Positions 38,112-48,916 of a stretch of DNA of 64,000 nucleotides are shown in pieces. Positions within the stretch are counted from its first letter, which is position 1; each line of letters starts with the position of its first letter. The notes below the pieces were generated by a model that saw only the letters and a program-made list of their open reading frames with translations, had not been told where the DNA came from and made no database searches. The position numbers were made by a program, and so were the translations under genes. Source of the stretch: a virus (Duplodnaviria > Caudoviricetes); the IMG/VR virus record IMGVR_UViG_3300030330_006573, positions 32,001-96,000 of that record, one strand, 5' to 3'.

Positions 38112-38843
38112 ATGATAAAGGTATTTTTACATGGAAATCTAGGAAGAACTTTTGGAAGAAAGTGGGAGCTTGATGCGGAAACGCCAATAGAAGTATTTAA
38201 AGGCATAGATGCCAATGTAGATGGATTTATTAAATATTTAGCTCAAAAAGATAAAGAGGGAATAGCATACAGAATATTTTTTGATGAAAAGCCTATAAAA
38301 AATAAAGAGCTTGAGATCAATATTACAAAAAAAGAAAAGATGCATGTATTTCCAGTAGTAGCTGGATCTGATACTCAAATGGCCCAAGATATGAGAGCTT
38401 ATGGGGCATATGGAGTAGTTGGTGGATGGGGACTAAATTGGATTGGCGGATGGTTGTCAGGGTTCGATAATGCGTTTGCTCAATTGGGAGGAGCAGCTCT
38501 TAGTTTTATAGGAGATATATCTATGGAAGTAGGGGGAGCGCTTCTGGTACAAGGGTTGATTGGAGCACTTCAGGATGAGCCTGAAGAACCTAAGACTCCA
38601 GATGCTGCAAAAGGATTGGAATCAACAACATCTTTCACTTTTTCAAATCCAGCAAATAATGTTATTCAGGGAGCTAGAGTTCCAATAGGATACGGAAGGT
38701 TGAGGGTGGGGAGCCATGTTATATCATCATCTGTACTTAATACAAGACTGGTTAATTTTAATAAGATTGAAGTAGAGAAAAATACATCAACAACCCCAGG
38801 AGCACCAGATGAGGTAGCTGCGTTAGTAGTAGATAATACTTAA
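38112..38843 (+). CDS. Tail assembly protein I-like (ubiquitin-like N-terminus)
   Basis: VFLHGNLGRTFG, HVFPVVAG, Gly-rich hydrophobic segment, QGARVPIGYGRLRVGSHVIS. Confidence 0.88.
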   Translation: MIKVFLHGNLGRTFGRKWELDAETPIEVFKGIDANVDGFIKYLAQKDKEGIAYRIFFDEKPIKNKELEINITKKEKMHVFPVVAGSDTQMAQDMRAYGAYGVVGGWGLNWIGGWLSGFDNAFAQLGGAALSFIGDISMEVGGALLVQGLIGALQDEPEEPKTPDAAKGLESTTSFTFSNPANNVIQGARVPIGYGRLRVGSHVISSSVLNTRLVNFNKIEVEKNTSTTPGAPDEVAALVVDNT

Positions 38844-38846
38844 GAT

Positions 38847-41800
38847 ATGCCAGTTCAAATAAATGCTCATTCAAGCGGGATTACTCCAAGAATATTTTTT
38901 AGAGATGTAACTGGGGTATATTCTCCGTTACTAATAGACAAAGAAAAACTTGAGTCAAACTCTTTCTTTAAAGTAGTTGATTTAGTTTCAGAGGGTCCTA
39001 TAGAGGGGTTTGTAGATTATACTGGAAAACTCGTTTCTGGAACAGAAATATTAAAAGGCATTTATATAAATGACGTGCCAGTTATGACCACTGATCGTGG
39101 GGTTAATGATGGTCAGTTTAACTATAGAAATATATCTGTAGCATACAAAAATGGACTTAGCGGTCAATCTGGATTTTATACTGGTCAAACAGATAATTTT
39201 TATTGGCTTGAAGATTTTTCTTACACATCTAAGTCTCTATCAAAAGGGCAAGAATTATTTAATGCAAAAAGACTTGAGTCCACAACTGTTAATAAGTTTT
39301 ATATAGGCAATCACTCTGTTCTCGATGAAGATGTGGATTGGCTGGGTTTAACAGTTGGGATAAACTCTTGCTATTCCATAACTGATGACGGTTCTCAAAC
39401 TGGTAATGTAGGAAAGTTGCATATATGGGGAGACTTTACTGGAGTAACCCACAGAAGTCTTGAAGAAAGAACCGTAATTCCAGTACCAGACGACAGCATC
39501 AACGATCATAATGTTTTTGTTAGTGTTTCTGGGTTGGCTAATAATAAATACAGAGAAGATATCTTTTTAAAACTTAAAGATCTAGACGGCAAAAGGCCCA
39601 GAAAAATATATATAGAAAACTTAACAGAAGAAAGAGAAAACTTTAGGAACCATTTTTCAGCTAGTTTTGATGGCGTAACTGAGATTGTAGATTCAAATCT
39701 ATCTTACCCTAATTCAGCATATATAGGAATGGTACTTTCTGCGGAAAACTTAGGATCAATACCTACTAGAACATTTGATTTAAAATTAAAAAAAGTAAAA
39801 GTTCCTTCTAATTACGAGGACTTAGGAGAAGGTCCAGATGGGCCAATAAGAGAGAATAGACATGTAGGTACATGGAATGGTACATTTAAGAGTGAGCTAG
39901 AGTGGACAGATAATCCAGCATGGATTTTGTATGATTTAATTACAAATGATAGGTATGGACTAGGAGAGCACATAGAGGAAATAAAAATAGACAAATTCCA
40001 ATTGTATAAAATTGCAAAAATATGCGATGAATTGGTGAGCACTTCTAAAGCTGGGCAGTCGCAGAAGTTTGTGCAAGAAAGAAGGTATACTTGCAATCTT
40101 TATTTGGAAAACCAAATGGATGCATACAAAGCTATTAATGAAATAGCTTCTGTTTTTAGAGGCATTGCTTATTTCAACTCTAGTGAAATATTCATTTCTC
40201 AAAACAATTTAAAAGAATCTATATTTTCTTTCACAAATGATAGCGTTAAAGATGGAAGTTTTTCATATGCTGGAGCTGCTAAACAGGCAAGATTTACAGC
40301 AGTCAAAGTTGCATATAAAGACAAGGATGATTCATATTTGCCTAAGTATGAATATGTAGAAGATCCAGAAGGAATAATAAGATATGGCTTAATTGAAAAA
40401 GAACTTACTGCTGTAGGTTGTACCTCTAGGGATCAAGCCTTAAGGTTGGGAAGGTGGGTCTTGTTTACTTCAGCAAGAGAAGAAGAGACTGTTACATTCG
40501 TAACTGATGCAAGTGCTGAATACTTGCAACCAGGAGATGTCTTTACTGTTTCGGATAGTTTAAGAAATGGAATAAAAACTGGCGGAAGAATTAAAAATAT
40601 AGTAAATGACAAAAGTGCAGTAAATGAAAATTTCATATTGCTAGATCAACAACTTGATACTGGAAATTATAATTTTACAAGTATTAGTTTTTTGATACCT
40701 AGTCAAGACTATACAAGCACCTCATCAGACACTGACCAATTCAAGGAGTTTGTACATAGAAACGGAGTAAACATAGGTGCAGCCGACGATGGAGACAGGT
40801 CTTCTTTAGTTTCAATTCCAATCGATTCAGAATCGTCTAGTAATACTAGCTTAAATAATTATATAGAAAATACAAGCTCTGGAGCAAAGATATTAACAGA
40901 TGAGTTAGAAGATTTAATATTAAGAGAGGCTATATCTGGATCATTTATAAACGGATCTGCTGGACACAAAACATTCAATGATTATTTTTTGAATAGTGGA
41001 GTACTAAGGAATATAAGAGATGGCGCTGATAGATATACAAATACAGAAAAAATTAAAGAGGGTTTTGTATATATATTAAATGGTAGTGGAGATGGCGCAG
41101 GATGCTCTACATTACATTCAAAAGATTACTCTTTAATAAGAAAAAGCAAAGAGGAAGATGGGTCTTATAGCATAATAGGTGCGGAATATAGTTCTGGAAA
41201 ATTTGGAGATTCTGATAACCTTTCTACTGTATATACTGAAACTACATTTGATGCAGAACCCACTAATCAATCTAGGACAGCTATTGATGAGCCTGTTACT
41301 ACTGGAAGAAAGACTCCAGAAGATATTATTCCTCAGTTACCTATTTTCGGGTTTCCAGAAGAAAATACTGTAGATCTAATTGTAAGACCTTCGGGTTTTA
41401 TTAATACTCAAGGGCAATCTAGGTCAAAAGTATTTTATTATTTTCACAACACAGAAGAAAATGAGAGATATTATAATCCAGCATTTTCAAGTGATGCAAG
41501 GTATGAAATTAGAGTAAGAGAAGTAGATCCAACTTATTATGGAAATTTATTATCAACTCAAATATCTACAGAAAATGTTTTACAGTCAGGTCAGTATATA
41601 GTATCTGGACTTCAAGACTGCTCATCATATCAAGTTTTGTATGATATACCTGCTGGAGCATCAATAGATAATAAAGCTGAAATTGGAGGAAGGAATAAAA
41701 AACAATTATCTTTATCAAATTATCAAGACGGAGAATTTAGAGATGATGTAAAAGTAGTTAGGTCTAGAATAATGCAGGAAACTGGGTCGGTTGCCCTGAA

Positions 41801-44800
41801 TGGTTGCGAGGTATTTGGAATATCTTACGATAACTTAATTACTGGAAATGTTTTATCTGGAGAGTTTGAAGTATTAAATCCAAACTCGTTTTATGAACTA
41901 AGATGGAGCGAAGCTAATAACTTCGGAAGCAGTCCTGAAAAAATAATGTTCTTTAGAGGGGCGATTGACGATATACCACCAGGCCCATGCTCTAGCTTTC
42001 AGGTAAAAAGGATTTTTGATAATATTCATTTTAATTGGGACAATCCTACAGATATTGATTTTAGCCATGCAAGAATATATACTGGTCAAAAAGATGATAC
42101 TCCTCCACCTGACATAGATTCTTTTTTAATTAAATCTGATTCTAATTTTGCAGTACAACCTTTAGATCAAACAGACGGAAGAGGCTTGCCATTAGATCTC
42201 GCAGATGGAAATTTTCACATAAGGGCTGTAGATTTTGCTGGTAACACTGGGATTGCAATAGATTCTAATCAATTAACAATATCAAGCATAGGCAATGCAC
42301 CGTCTCTTCATTTGAGCGGAGATATAAAGGTAGGAACTGATGGCACTCAAAACTCTTATCTTGCAATTTTTTATTCTGGAGATTTTAATTTTGATGAAGA
42401 TTTTAAAGAATATCAAATTGAAGTAAGAAAAGACGGATCTAGTTTTGTTGAAAAATATTCTTTCCCAAGAGTGGATAATGACCCGCCAAGTTCTGGTAGG
42501 TTTGATTTCTTGGCTCAAGGAGGTTCTGTTTATAATGTTAGAGCAAGACACTCCGACATACAGGGAAATTTAAGCCCAGAAGCGAACGAAACTTTTACAG
42601 TTCCTTTCGATGAGACTGCTCCTGGTAGACCTACATGGGTAAGCTCAGATAAGAATGGAAGTAATTTATTTTTATCTTGGAACAATCCATCAGATTCTGA
42701 TTTAGATAGAATTTTATTGTATTCAGGAGACTCAAATTCAAGTGGGGATGCGGCAATTCATCAAGAATCGAGGTTTACTTCAGAAGTAATACCACTAAGG
42801 GATTTTGCTGGAAGCTCTGAGAGAGATTTATATTTCTGGTTGAGAGCTGTAGATACATCAAATAATACTGGAGAATTTAGTGTTGGTGATGGCGGAGCAC
42901 CTGATCACGGACAACAAATACTAGTTAGACCTCCTGATGTTCTTAGTAGGGACATAATAAGCTTTGTAAGCGGTATAGAAAATGATGAGAATGGAGACGG
43001 AGCATCTTCTGCATTTATAAATTATAAAATAGAAGATGATACAGATTTCACTCAGAATGTTTATAAGGTAGATATATCTAAAAATTCAAGCTTCAATCCG
43101 TTGGTCGCAAGTCATGTATCTAGTATAGAATATGGCGATTCTACCATGACTGGTAGTGGAAATTTTCCAGGGTTGTTATGCAATCAAGATTATTTTATAA
43201 GATTTAGAGTTCAATCCACAGATCACAGCTATAGTCCATATCAATTTCCTGTTGCATCTCTTTTTCCATTAAGAACTCCCAAAGATAGCACTTTACCTAA
43301 AAATCCCGATGCATTCACAATAACATCTGGACCTAAACAAAATTTCTTAGAATGGAATTGGGGCAATGGTATATCTAGGGATATAGATAGTATATTAGTA
43401 TATAAAACAGGAATACCTACGGGAAGACTTAACGAAACTTCTTCGCAAAATAAATACTGTTGGGAGATATCTGATATAAGTGGATATTTTGAAACTTACG
43501 AAGATGCATATTCTTACAAATTAAATCCTGGAACTGCATTCATAGACAATGATGTAGAAACTGGAATATTTTCTGGATTTGGAGTAGATTCATCAGATCA
43601 AAATCAAGAACCGAAACAAACAGTTTACTATCACTACTTACTTAAAACTGTAGATAGATCAAACAATACTGGGATAGGGTTTGTGTCTGGAATATCTTCT
43701 TCTCCACATTCAGATATTGCATCTTTAAATTATGGAGCAGCTGGTCATACTCAAGGATATGTGACTGGAGGAGGTATAGATGATAGTTATATTGAAAATG
43801 TTAGAGCTGGAAAGATTTTAACTGACAGAATTACATCTAATACATTTATTTTAGCAAATCCAAGTGGAAGGATAGTTAGCGATAATGTTTTTGCACTTGG
43901 AACTAGTGATCCAGATAACATGTTCGGTCTAGGAACTGGATTGTATATAGATCACAATAAGTTCAGAATAGGAGATCCAGGTCAGGGCGGACAAGGCATG
44001 TTCTTTACTGGAGATGCGGATGGAGATGGAAATACAGATACTCTTGAGATAAGAGGAGAGTTTAATGCTGGAACGATTACAATAGGAGAAAGCTCGACAC
44101 AACAGTTGAAGGTAACTTCGGAGGGGCAGCTTAGTATTGGAGATCAAAGTTTAAACGTGTCAGGTTATTTTACTGGAAATCTCGGAAACTCTGGAGATGC
44201 ATTACCTGTAAAACTTCAATTAAACTTAGATGAATATGCGACGCTCCCAAAATCTGAGTTTGCGGAGACCATTAGGAGAATAGATGAAGCTGCAGACGGA
44301 GGCGGATTTTTGGAAATAAATTACTGGGTAAGAGATGATTCAGAAGGAAACCCAGTATACACCCAAGAAGTAAGAGGGTTAACTCAAGGTCAATTTGAAT
44401 ACACGGAAAATCTTATTCCTCCTCCTACATTAAACTACGAAGCAATAGGAAGTAAGTCTAGGTTTGGTGAAGTATTTGTAAATAGTCCAGTGATAGGTCC
44501 GCCTGAATCACATACAGGAGCAGGTGTTTATACCACAGATCTACCTGCTTCAGAAAAACGCAAAAGAGATTGGTGGAGAATTGTAGATGTAAAATTCCTA
44601 GTAACAAAGGATGGTAGATTGTTTGCTCAAAATGCATCAATAGCTGGAACAGTAACAGCTAATAGCTTTGAGCCAAGGCAAACATTAATACTTGGGGATG
44701 AAACAAATCCTGGCGACTCTATAATTAAAAGTTTTATTTTTAATAATGCCGCATGTGGAGTCTCGCAACCTTCAGGGTTTGAGATAAGAGGGGATGGTAG

Positions 44801-45659
44801 GGCTACATTTAATAACCTCACAGTAACATCTGGAATTATTAGTGGGGTAAGCTTAGCGATAGGAAAATGTGACTCAGAAAATCATTTTAGAGCAGATTCT
44901 GAAGGAAACATTAGCATTGGTCCAAGCACAATTTTTGATAGTACATCAAATGATTTTCATGTAAGCAAAGAAGGAAAGCTTTATGCTGTTGATGCGGTAG
45001 TAAGCGGAACAATTAGCGGTAGTGCGGGTAGAATTGGAGGTCTTGAATTAACCGAGAATTACATAGCTACCGTAGGTAGGACTTCTCTGAGCGATACAGA
45101 TAATGGAATCTATCTTGATAAAGACGGAGATTTTTCAATAGCAAATGATGTTGGGAATATAATTGAATATAATGGGTCAAACGATTACATAACAGTAACA
45201 GGTCTACAAAGCAAATCATATAGCACAACAGAAAATTCAGACGGAGAAGGTCTGGGATTTTATATAAGAGGAAATACGAGCAGGGAAACATCTTATATAT
45301 CAAACTTTCTTACAGACTCTGCAAGTGCAAGCGGAATAGCGAAAAAAATAGACACTCAATTTTGTGGAGAAATTAAATTTCCAATAGGTGGAGATACTTA
45401 TTTCTTAATAAGTGGAAGCAGGGTAGATTATGATATAACTGCATTAGATTATGATGCTGATGTTGCCTTTACAACAAATGATGCTAGTGATCAACCCGTG
45501 TTTACAGCTAGAGAAGGCATAGGGGGAGGAACTATATCTGATGCCAATGGAATTTTTACATCGAGGAATCTTACGGAAGGAGGGGAATTGGTAGTAACTA
45601 TACCAGTCGCCTGTACTGCAACTGTAATGAGATTTAACATTGGACTAAAAAGAATTTAA
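38847..45659 (+). CDS. Tail tip / host specificity protein J-like with fibronectin-III domains
   Basis: DLVSEGPIEG, YPNSAY, WTDNPAWILYDLITNDRYGLG, GCTSRDQALRLGRW, LQPGD; repeated W.NP.D.D and RAVD..N FN3 motifs. Confidence 0.92.
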   Translation: MPVQINAHSSGITPRIFFRDVTGVYSPLLIDKEKLESNSFFKVVDLVSEGPIEGFVDYTGKLVSGTEILKGIYINDVPVMTTDRGVNDGQFNYRNISVAYKNGLSGQSGFYTGQTDNFYWLEDFSYTSKSLSKGQELFNAKRLESTTVNKFYIGNHSVLDEDVDWLGLTVGINSCYSITDDGSQTGNVGKLHIWGDFTGVTHRSLEERTVIPVPDDSINDHNVFVSVSGLANNKYREDIFLKLKDLDGKRPRKIYIENLTEERENFRNHFSASFDGVTEIVDSNLSYPNSAYIGMVLSAENLGSIPTRTFDLKLKKVKVPSNYEDLGEGPDGPIRENRHVGTWNGTFKSELEWTDNPAWILYDLITNDRYGLGEHIEEIKIDKFQLYKIAKICDELVSTSKAGQSQKFVQERRYTCNLYLENQMDAYKAINEIASVFRGIAYFNSSEIFISQNNLKESIFSFTNDSVKDGSFSYAGAAKQARFTAVKVAYKDKDDSYLPKYEYVEDPEGIIRYGLIEKELTAVGCTSRDQALRLGRWVLFTSAREEETVTFVTDASAEYLQPGDVFTVSDSLRNGIKTGGRIKNIVNDKSAVNENFILLDQQLDTGNYNFTSISFLIPSQDYTSTSSDTDQFKEFVHRNGVNIGAADDGDRSSLVSIPIDSESSSNTSLNNYIENTSSGAKILTDELEDLILREAISGSFINGSAGHKTFNDYFLNSGVLRNIRDGADRYTNTEKIKEGFVYILNGSGDGAGCSTLHSKDYSLIRKSKEEDGSYSIIGAEYSSGKFGDSDNLSTVYTETTFDAEPTNQSRTAIDEPVTTGRKTPEDIIPQLPIFGFPEENTVDLIVRPSGFINTQGQSRSKVFYYFHNTEENERYYNPAFSSDARYEIRVREVDPTYYGNLLSTQISTENVLQSGQYIVSGLQDCSSYQVLYDIPAGASIDNKAEIGGRNKKQLSLSNYQDGEFRDDVKVVRSRIMQETGSVALNGCEVFGISYDNLITGNVLSGEFEVLNPNSFYELRWSEANNFGSSPEKIMFFRGAIDDIPPGPCSSFQVKRIFDNIHFNWDNPTDIDFSHARIYTGQKDDTPPPDIDSFLIKSDSNFAVQPLDQTDGRGLPLDLADGNFHIRAVDFAGNTGIAIDSNQLTISSIGNAPSLHLSGDIKVGTDGTQNSYLAIFYSGDFNFDEDFKEYQIEVRKDGSSFVEKYSFPRVDNDPPSSGRFDFLAQGGSVYNVRARHSDIQGNLSPEANETFTVPFDETAPGRPTWVSSDKNGSNLFLSWNNPSDSDLDRILLYSGDSNSSGDAAIHQESRFTSEVIPLRDFAGSSERDLYFWLRAVDTSNNTGEFSVGDGGAPDHGQQILVRPPDVLSRDIISFVSGIENDENGDGASSAFINYKIEDDTDFTQNVYKVDISKNSSFNPLVASHVSSIEYGDSTMTGSGNFPGLLCNQDYFIRFRVQSTDHSYSPYQFPVASLFPLRTPKDSTLPKNPDAFTITSGPKQNFLEWNWGNGISRDIDSILVYKTGIPTGRLNETSSQNKYCWEISDISGYFETYEDAYSYKLNPGTAFIDNDVETGIFSGFGVDSSDQNQEPKQTVYYHYLLKTVDRSNNTGIGFVSGISSSPHSDIASLNYGAAGHTQGYVTGGGIDDSYIENVRAGKILTDRITSNTFILANPSGRIVSDNVFALGTSDPDNMFGLGTGLYIDHNKFRIGDPGQGGQGMFFTGDADGDGNTDTLEIRGEFNAGTITIGESSTQQLKVTSEGQLSIGDQSLNVSGYFTGNLGNSGDALPVKLQLNLDEYATLPKSEFAETIRRIDEAADGGGFLEINYWVRDDSEGNPVYTQEVRGLTQGQFEYTENLIPPPTLNYEAIGSKSRFGEVFVNSPVIGPPESHTGAGVYTTDLPASEKRKRDWWRIVDVKFLVTKDGRLFAQNASIAGTVTANSFEPRQTLILGDETNPGDSIIKSFIFNNAACGVSQPSGFEIRGDGRATFNNLTVTSGIISGVSLAIGKCDSENHFRADSEGNISIGPSTIFDSTSNDFHVSKEGKLYAVDAVVSGTISGSAGRIGGLELTENYIATVGRTSLSDTDNGIYLDKDGDFSIANDVGNIIEYNGSNDYITVTGLQSKSYSTTENSDGEGLGFYIRGNTSRETSYISNFLTDSASASGIAKKIDTQFCGEIKFPIGGDTYFLISGSRVDYDITALDYDADVAFTTNDASDQPVFTAREGIGGGTISDANGIFTSRNLTEGGELVVTIPVACTATVMRFNIGLKRI

Positions 45660-45673
45660 ATTTATAATATTTT

Positions 45674-45832
45674 ATGGATATATCAAAGTTGCAAGATATG
45701 GAAGTAAAAGCATTGTTGTATGACATGATGACTGACAGGGACAGGATAGATAATAATATAAAATTATTAAAATCTGAACTGGATCGAAGGGCAGCAGAAA
45801 AAGATAAGAAAAAAGACAAGAAAGAGGAATAA
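45674..45832 (+). CDS. Small coiled-coil protein (52 aa, below ORF-track cutoff)
   Basis: MDISKLQDMEVKALLYD...KKEE fills the gap, TAATG overlap with next gene. Confidence 0.6.
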   Translation: MDISKLQDMEVKALLYDMMTDRDRIDNNIKLLKSELDRRAAEKDKKKDKKEE

Positions 45833-47760
45833 TGCCTTTTGATCAAATTTATTGGAACTCTGGTGCGGCTTTTAGAGATACTGGAGAATCGGAAACTTCT
45901 GGAACAAAGGATTGCAGAATAGGAGAAACAGCAGATTCAGATCCAAATTCCACATTTTCTTTTTTGGGCAATAGGAGGACTCAAATTGTGAATATGGCTC
46001 AAAAGGTAGGCAGTTTGGGTGGTATACCAGCAACCAACAGGAGACACAGACATGCATTTCACCTTTTAGGAACAGGAGCAGGTGAAATCGGGGATCCTAA
46101 TAATGCAACTAATTACTCTGGGGGAGCTGTAAACAGTATGGTTAATGCAGACATTCCAGCAACAGCGCCAGTAGGTACTACTTTGTTTGATTGCCAAAAT
46201 AGAGAATCCGCGCATCACTCTGCAAATTATATTTTCCTAAATAATATAACTAATTTTTTCAATGGCATACATAGTAGTGATCCTATTTCCATAACTACGA
46301 CTGGCAAGCCTTACAAAGGTTGTTATTTAATACTTAAAAGAAAAAAGTTTTTTTACAATGAATTTCAAATAGGCACAGATCAAGGAACTATGCAAACTGC
46401 TGTGGATGATGTCGATGGTGGTACAATAAATGTTACTGATGCTGTAATAGACCCAAGGATGAGTCCTAGACTCGCAATATTTACTGGTTCAGTAGATATA
46501 AAAAGTATTAATATATATATTAATGGTGAACCTGTTTCAATAACAGGAGACACTGTGGTTGCAAATACTGATATGACTTGGACTGATAATACAAGTACAA
46601 TACAAACTCCAACCTGTGACATTTCTGGCACAACAATTACCTTAAATAATACTTTTCAAAATAATGGAGAGCATAGAAGATATTTCAATACAAATTTTCA
46701 GATAAGAATTGGAGGCACAGATTACAACATTACAAATGTAGCAAGCGCAAGTATAACTGTTGACTCTGCGCCAGGAGATGCAACTGGTTCGGATTTTTCA
46801 ATAGTTATGCCCAATGGTGCTCCAGCGGTGGGAGATGTTACTCATGTAGCAAACTCAGGATTGACAGCTGGGACTCAAAATACTGCAGCATGGAATGAGT
46901 TTTCATGGGGGATGTATAGTAATAAACACTTAGCTGGAACATCAACAGTTTTATTTGAAGATACAGACACTTATGGTGTAAAAACTAGACCAGATGATAT
47001 TGCAACAAGGTCTCCGTATTTCAGTAACATGGACGGTGAAAACTTTGCTGTTATAAATAATTCATTTTTCAATTTTAGCACAATAAGTATTGATGGTTCT
47101 CCTGGTGGTAATGCATATACTGTAAGTGCTGGCGCTGATAGGTATCTAACTATACCATCTGTTGGTTCGAAAGCAATATTTCCAAACTTTGGAAATAATT
47201 TAAACGGAACTATAGATGGAGTAACTGCTTGGCCCACTATTGTTAATCAGACTTTTAATGCGACTATAGCAGGATATGTGACAGATGCTTTTGGGTTCGC
47301 TAATCAGTATTCATATTGGGACGGTATGGTTCTTGCAAGTAGGGCTCATGGAGTTTCCAGTATCGATCCTGCTATCTCTACCATTACAAATGATCCAAAT
47401 TTAAATATAGATACCTTAAATGCGGGGGAAAGAAACTCTGCAAAGTATCCATACTCAAGGGGTAGATATGGATATCATGATATAGATTTAGATGGTGTAG
47501 GATTTAATACCTTAGACCCCTCCACTTTAGCGCAAGATGATGCCCATTGTTTTACGATATTAGATACGAATAGAATAATTACTCCAGGATCAACAATTGA
47601 GGTGACTATAGAATTAGCTGAAGGTGTAGATAATTCAATTAGAAAGCCCTGCAGTGGAACTGATTACTTTGCTCCAAAAACAGAAGGTAACGATGGGCTT
47701 CAATATGAGAGAAGACAAAGGGAAATTAATGAGTTTGAGCTTATTATTGTAGCTAAATAA
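45832..47760 (+). CDS. Putative virion tail-associated protein
   Basis: Thr/Asn/Gly/Ser-rich beta composition directly after gpJ-like gene. Confidence 0.55.
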   Translation: MPFDQIYWNSGAAFRDTGESETSGTKDCRIGETADSDPNSTFSFLGNRRTQIVNMAQKVGSLGGIPATNRRHRHAFHLLGTGAGEIGDPNNATNYSGGAVNSMVNADIPATAPVGTTLFDCQNRESAHHSANYIFLNNITNFFNGIHSSDPISITTTGKPYKGCYLILKRKKFFYNEFQIGTDQGTMQTAVDDVDGGTINVTDAVIDPRMSPRLAIFTGSVDIKSINIYINGEPVSITGDTVVANTDMTWTDNTSTIQTPTCDISGTTITLNNTFQNNGEHRRYFNTNFQIRIGGTDYNITNVASASITVDSAPGDATGSDFSIVMPNGAPAVGDVTHVANSGLTAGTQNTAAWNEFSWGMYSNKHLAGTSTVLFEDTDTYGVKTRPDDIATRSPYFSNMDGENFAVINNSFFNFSTISIDGSPGGNAYTVSAGADRYLTIPSVGSKAIFPNFGNNLNGTIDGVTAWPTIVNQTFNATIAGYVTDAFGFANQYSYWDGMVLASRAHGVSSIDPAISTITNDPNLNIDTLNAGERNSAKYPYSRGRYGYHDIDLDGVGFNTLDPSTLAQDDAHCFTILDTNRIITPGSTIEVTIELAEGVDNSIRKPCSGTDYFAPKTEGNDGLQYERRQREINEFELIIVAK

Positions 47761-47773
47761 ATAATTTTAAATG

Positions 47774-48883
47774 TTAAAGTGGGCATCTTAGCCCAAAAAA
47801 AGCTTCATAGATGTCGGTTATGCCATCACTATTCCATTCTGCACCCGCATCAGCATAAAGCCAATCCTGAAGTCGTGCAGTGGCTGTTATGTTGATTCCA
47901 GCTCGCAATCTATATTTAGTATCTCCACCTGTTAAGGTCATACTATTATAGTTATAATCAGTAAGTCCATACTCACTTCCCGCAGTTCCAAGATTGTTAC
48001 CACCCCTTGTCATTCCTCCACTTGAGGTTCCTAAACCACTTTGTGTTAAGGTCATTTGAACATTATTCTGTGCGGTATATTCTGTATATGCGGAAGCACC
48101 TACAAGTACATGGAGGCCAATAGAAAATCGGTCACTGAGAAAACTAACTCCTAGCTGTTCAATAGGAATATTGAGCGACCTTACCGTTGTAAATTTTCTA
48201 TTACTGTTTGCATCTTTCCAGTTATCCCACACGTCTTTTATTCTATCTCGTGAACCTTGTTCAAGTTGATCTTCAATTCCTGGAATTGCAGCAGCCATTG
48301 TTCCAGGATCGGTAAATGATTGTTCAAATCCATCGCTACCACGAAGAGTTATTTTTCTGTCTGGAGAGAGTGTGGTTTCTGTTTTACAAATTTGATAAAT
48401 CTTTTTTTGCTGAGTTACAGTAGCTAGACCTCCCAGGTAATAGCCATTTCTTCCGCCTCTGTTTGTTCTAGCTATAAACTTACTGTCATAGGGAAAAGAC
48501 CTTGGTCCGTCATAGGGGTTTGATGCAGGGCCAGGCATTCCTCCTCCTATACTTACTCCAGGGGCAGGCATTTGAGAGTTTCCAACAGCGGGATATATAT
48601 TTACATCCATCCTATCAATATTGACGTTTCCAGTGTTCTCAAGTTGTACCTTACCTTGGACATTAACATTTTGAGTTGGAATATGTGCTTTGTTTTGGCA
48701 TTTACTTGTCCTTGGAGGTATTGGTATCCTTGAAGTGACAGTGAATGGACCAACAGAGCTAGAGCCAAAAGTGCCTGTTCTTCGAGGGCAAACAGAATTT
48801 GATGCTGTTGAGGCTGTCCCCCCACACCTCTTCTTCTTAAAAGCGCTAAAATCTAAAGGTGGTATTTTATCGTCTACTGCCAT
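47774..48883 (-). CDS. Hypothetical protein, possible C-terminal outer-membrane beta-barrel-like domain
   Basis: Pro/Gly/Cys-rich N-terminus; alternating amphipathic strands near C-terminus. Confidence 0.55.
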   Translation of the reverse strand: MAVDDKIPPLDFSAFKKKRCGGTASTASNSVCPRRTGTFGSSSVGPFTVTSRIPIPPRTSKCQNKAHIPTQNVNVQGKVQLENTGNVNIDRMDVNIYPAVGNSQMPAPGVSIGGGMPGPASNPYDGPRSFPYDSKFIARTNRGGRNGYYLGGLATVTQQKKIYQICKTETTLSPDRKITLRGSDGFEQSFTDPGTMAAAIPGIEDQLEQGSRDRIKDVWDNWKDANSNRKFTTVRSLNIPIEQLGVSFLSDRFSIGLHVLVGASAYTEYTAQNNVQMTLTQSGLGTSSGGMTRGGNNLGTAGSEYGLTDYNYNSMTLTGGDTKYRLRAGINITATARLQDWLYADAGAEWNSDGITDIYEAFFGLRCPL

Positions 48884-48916
48884 TTTTTTTCTGTGTTAAA
48901 TTTTTTATATTTCCGC

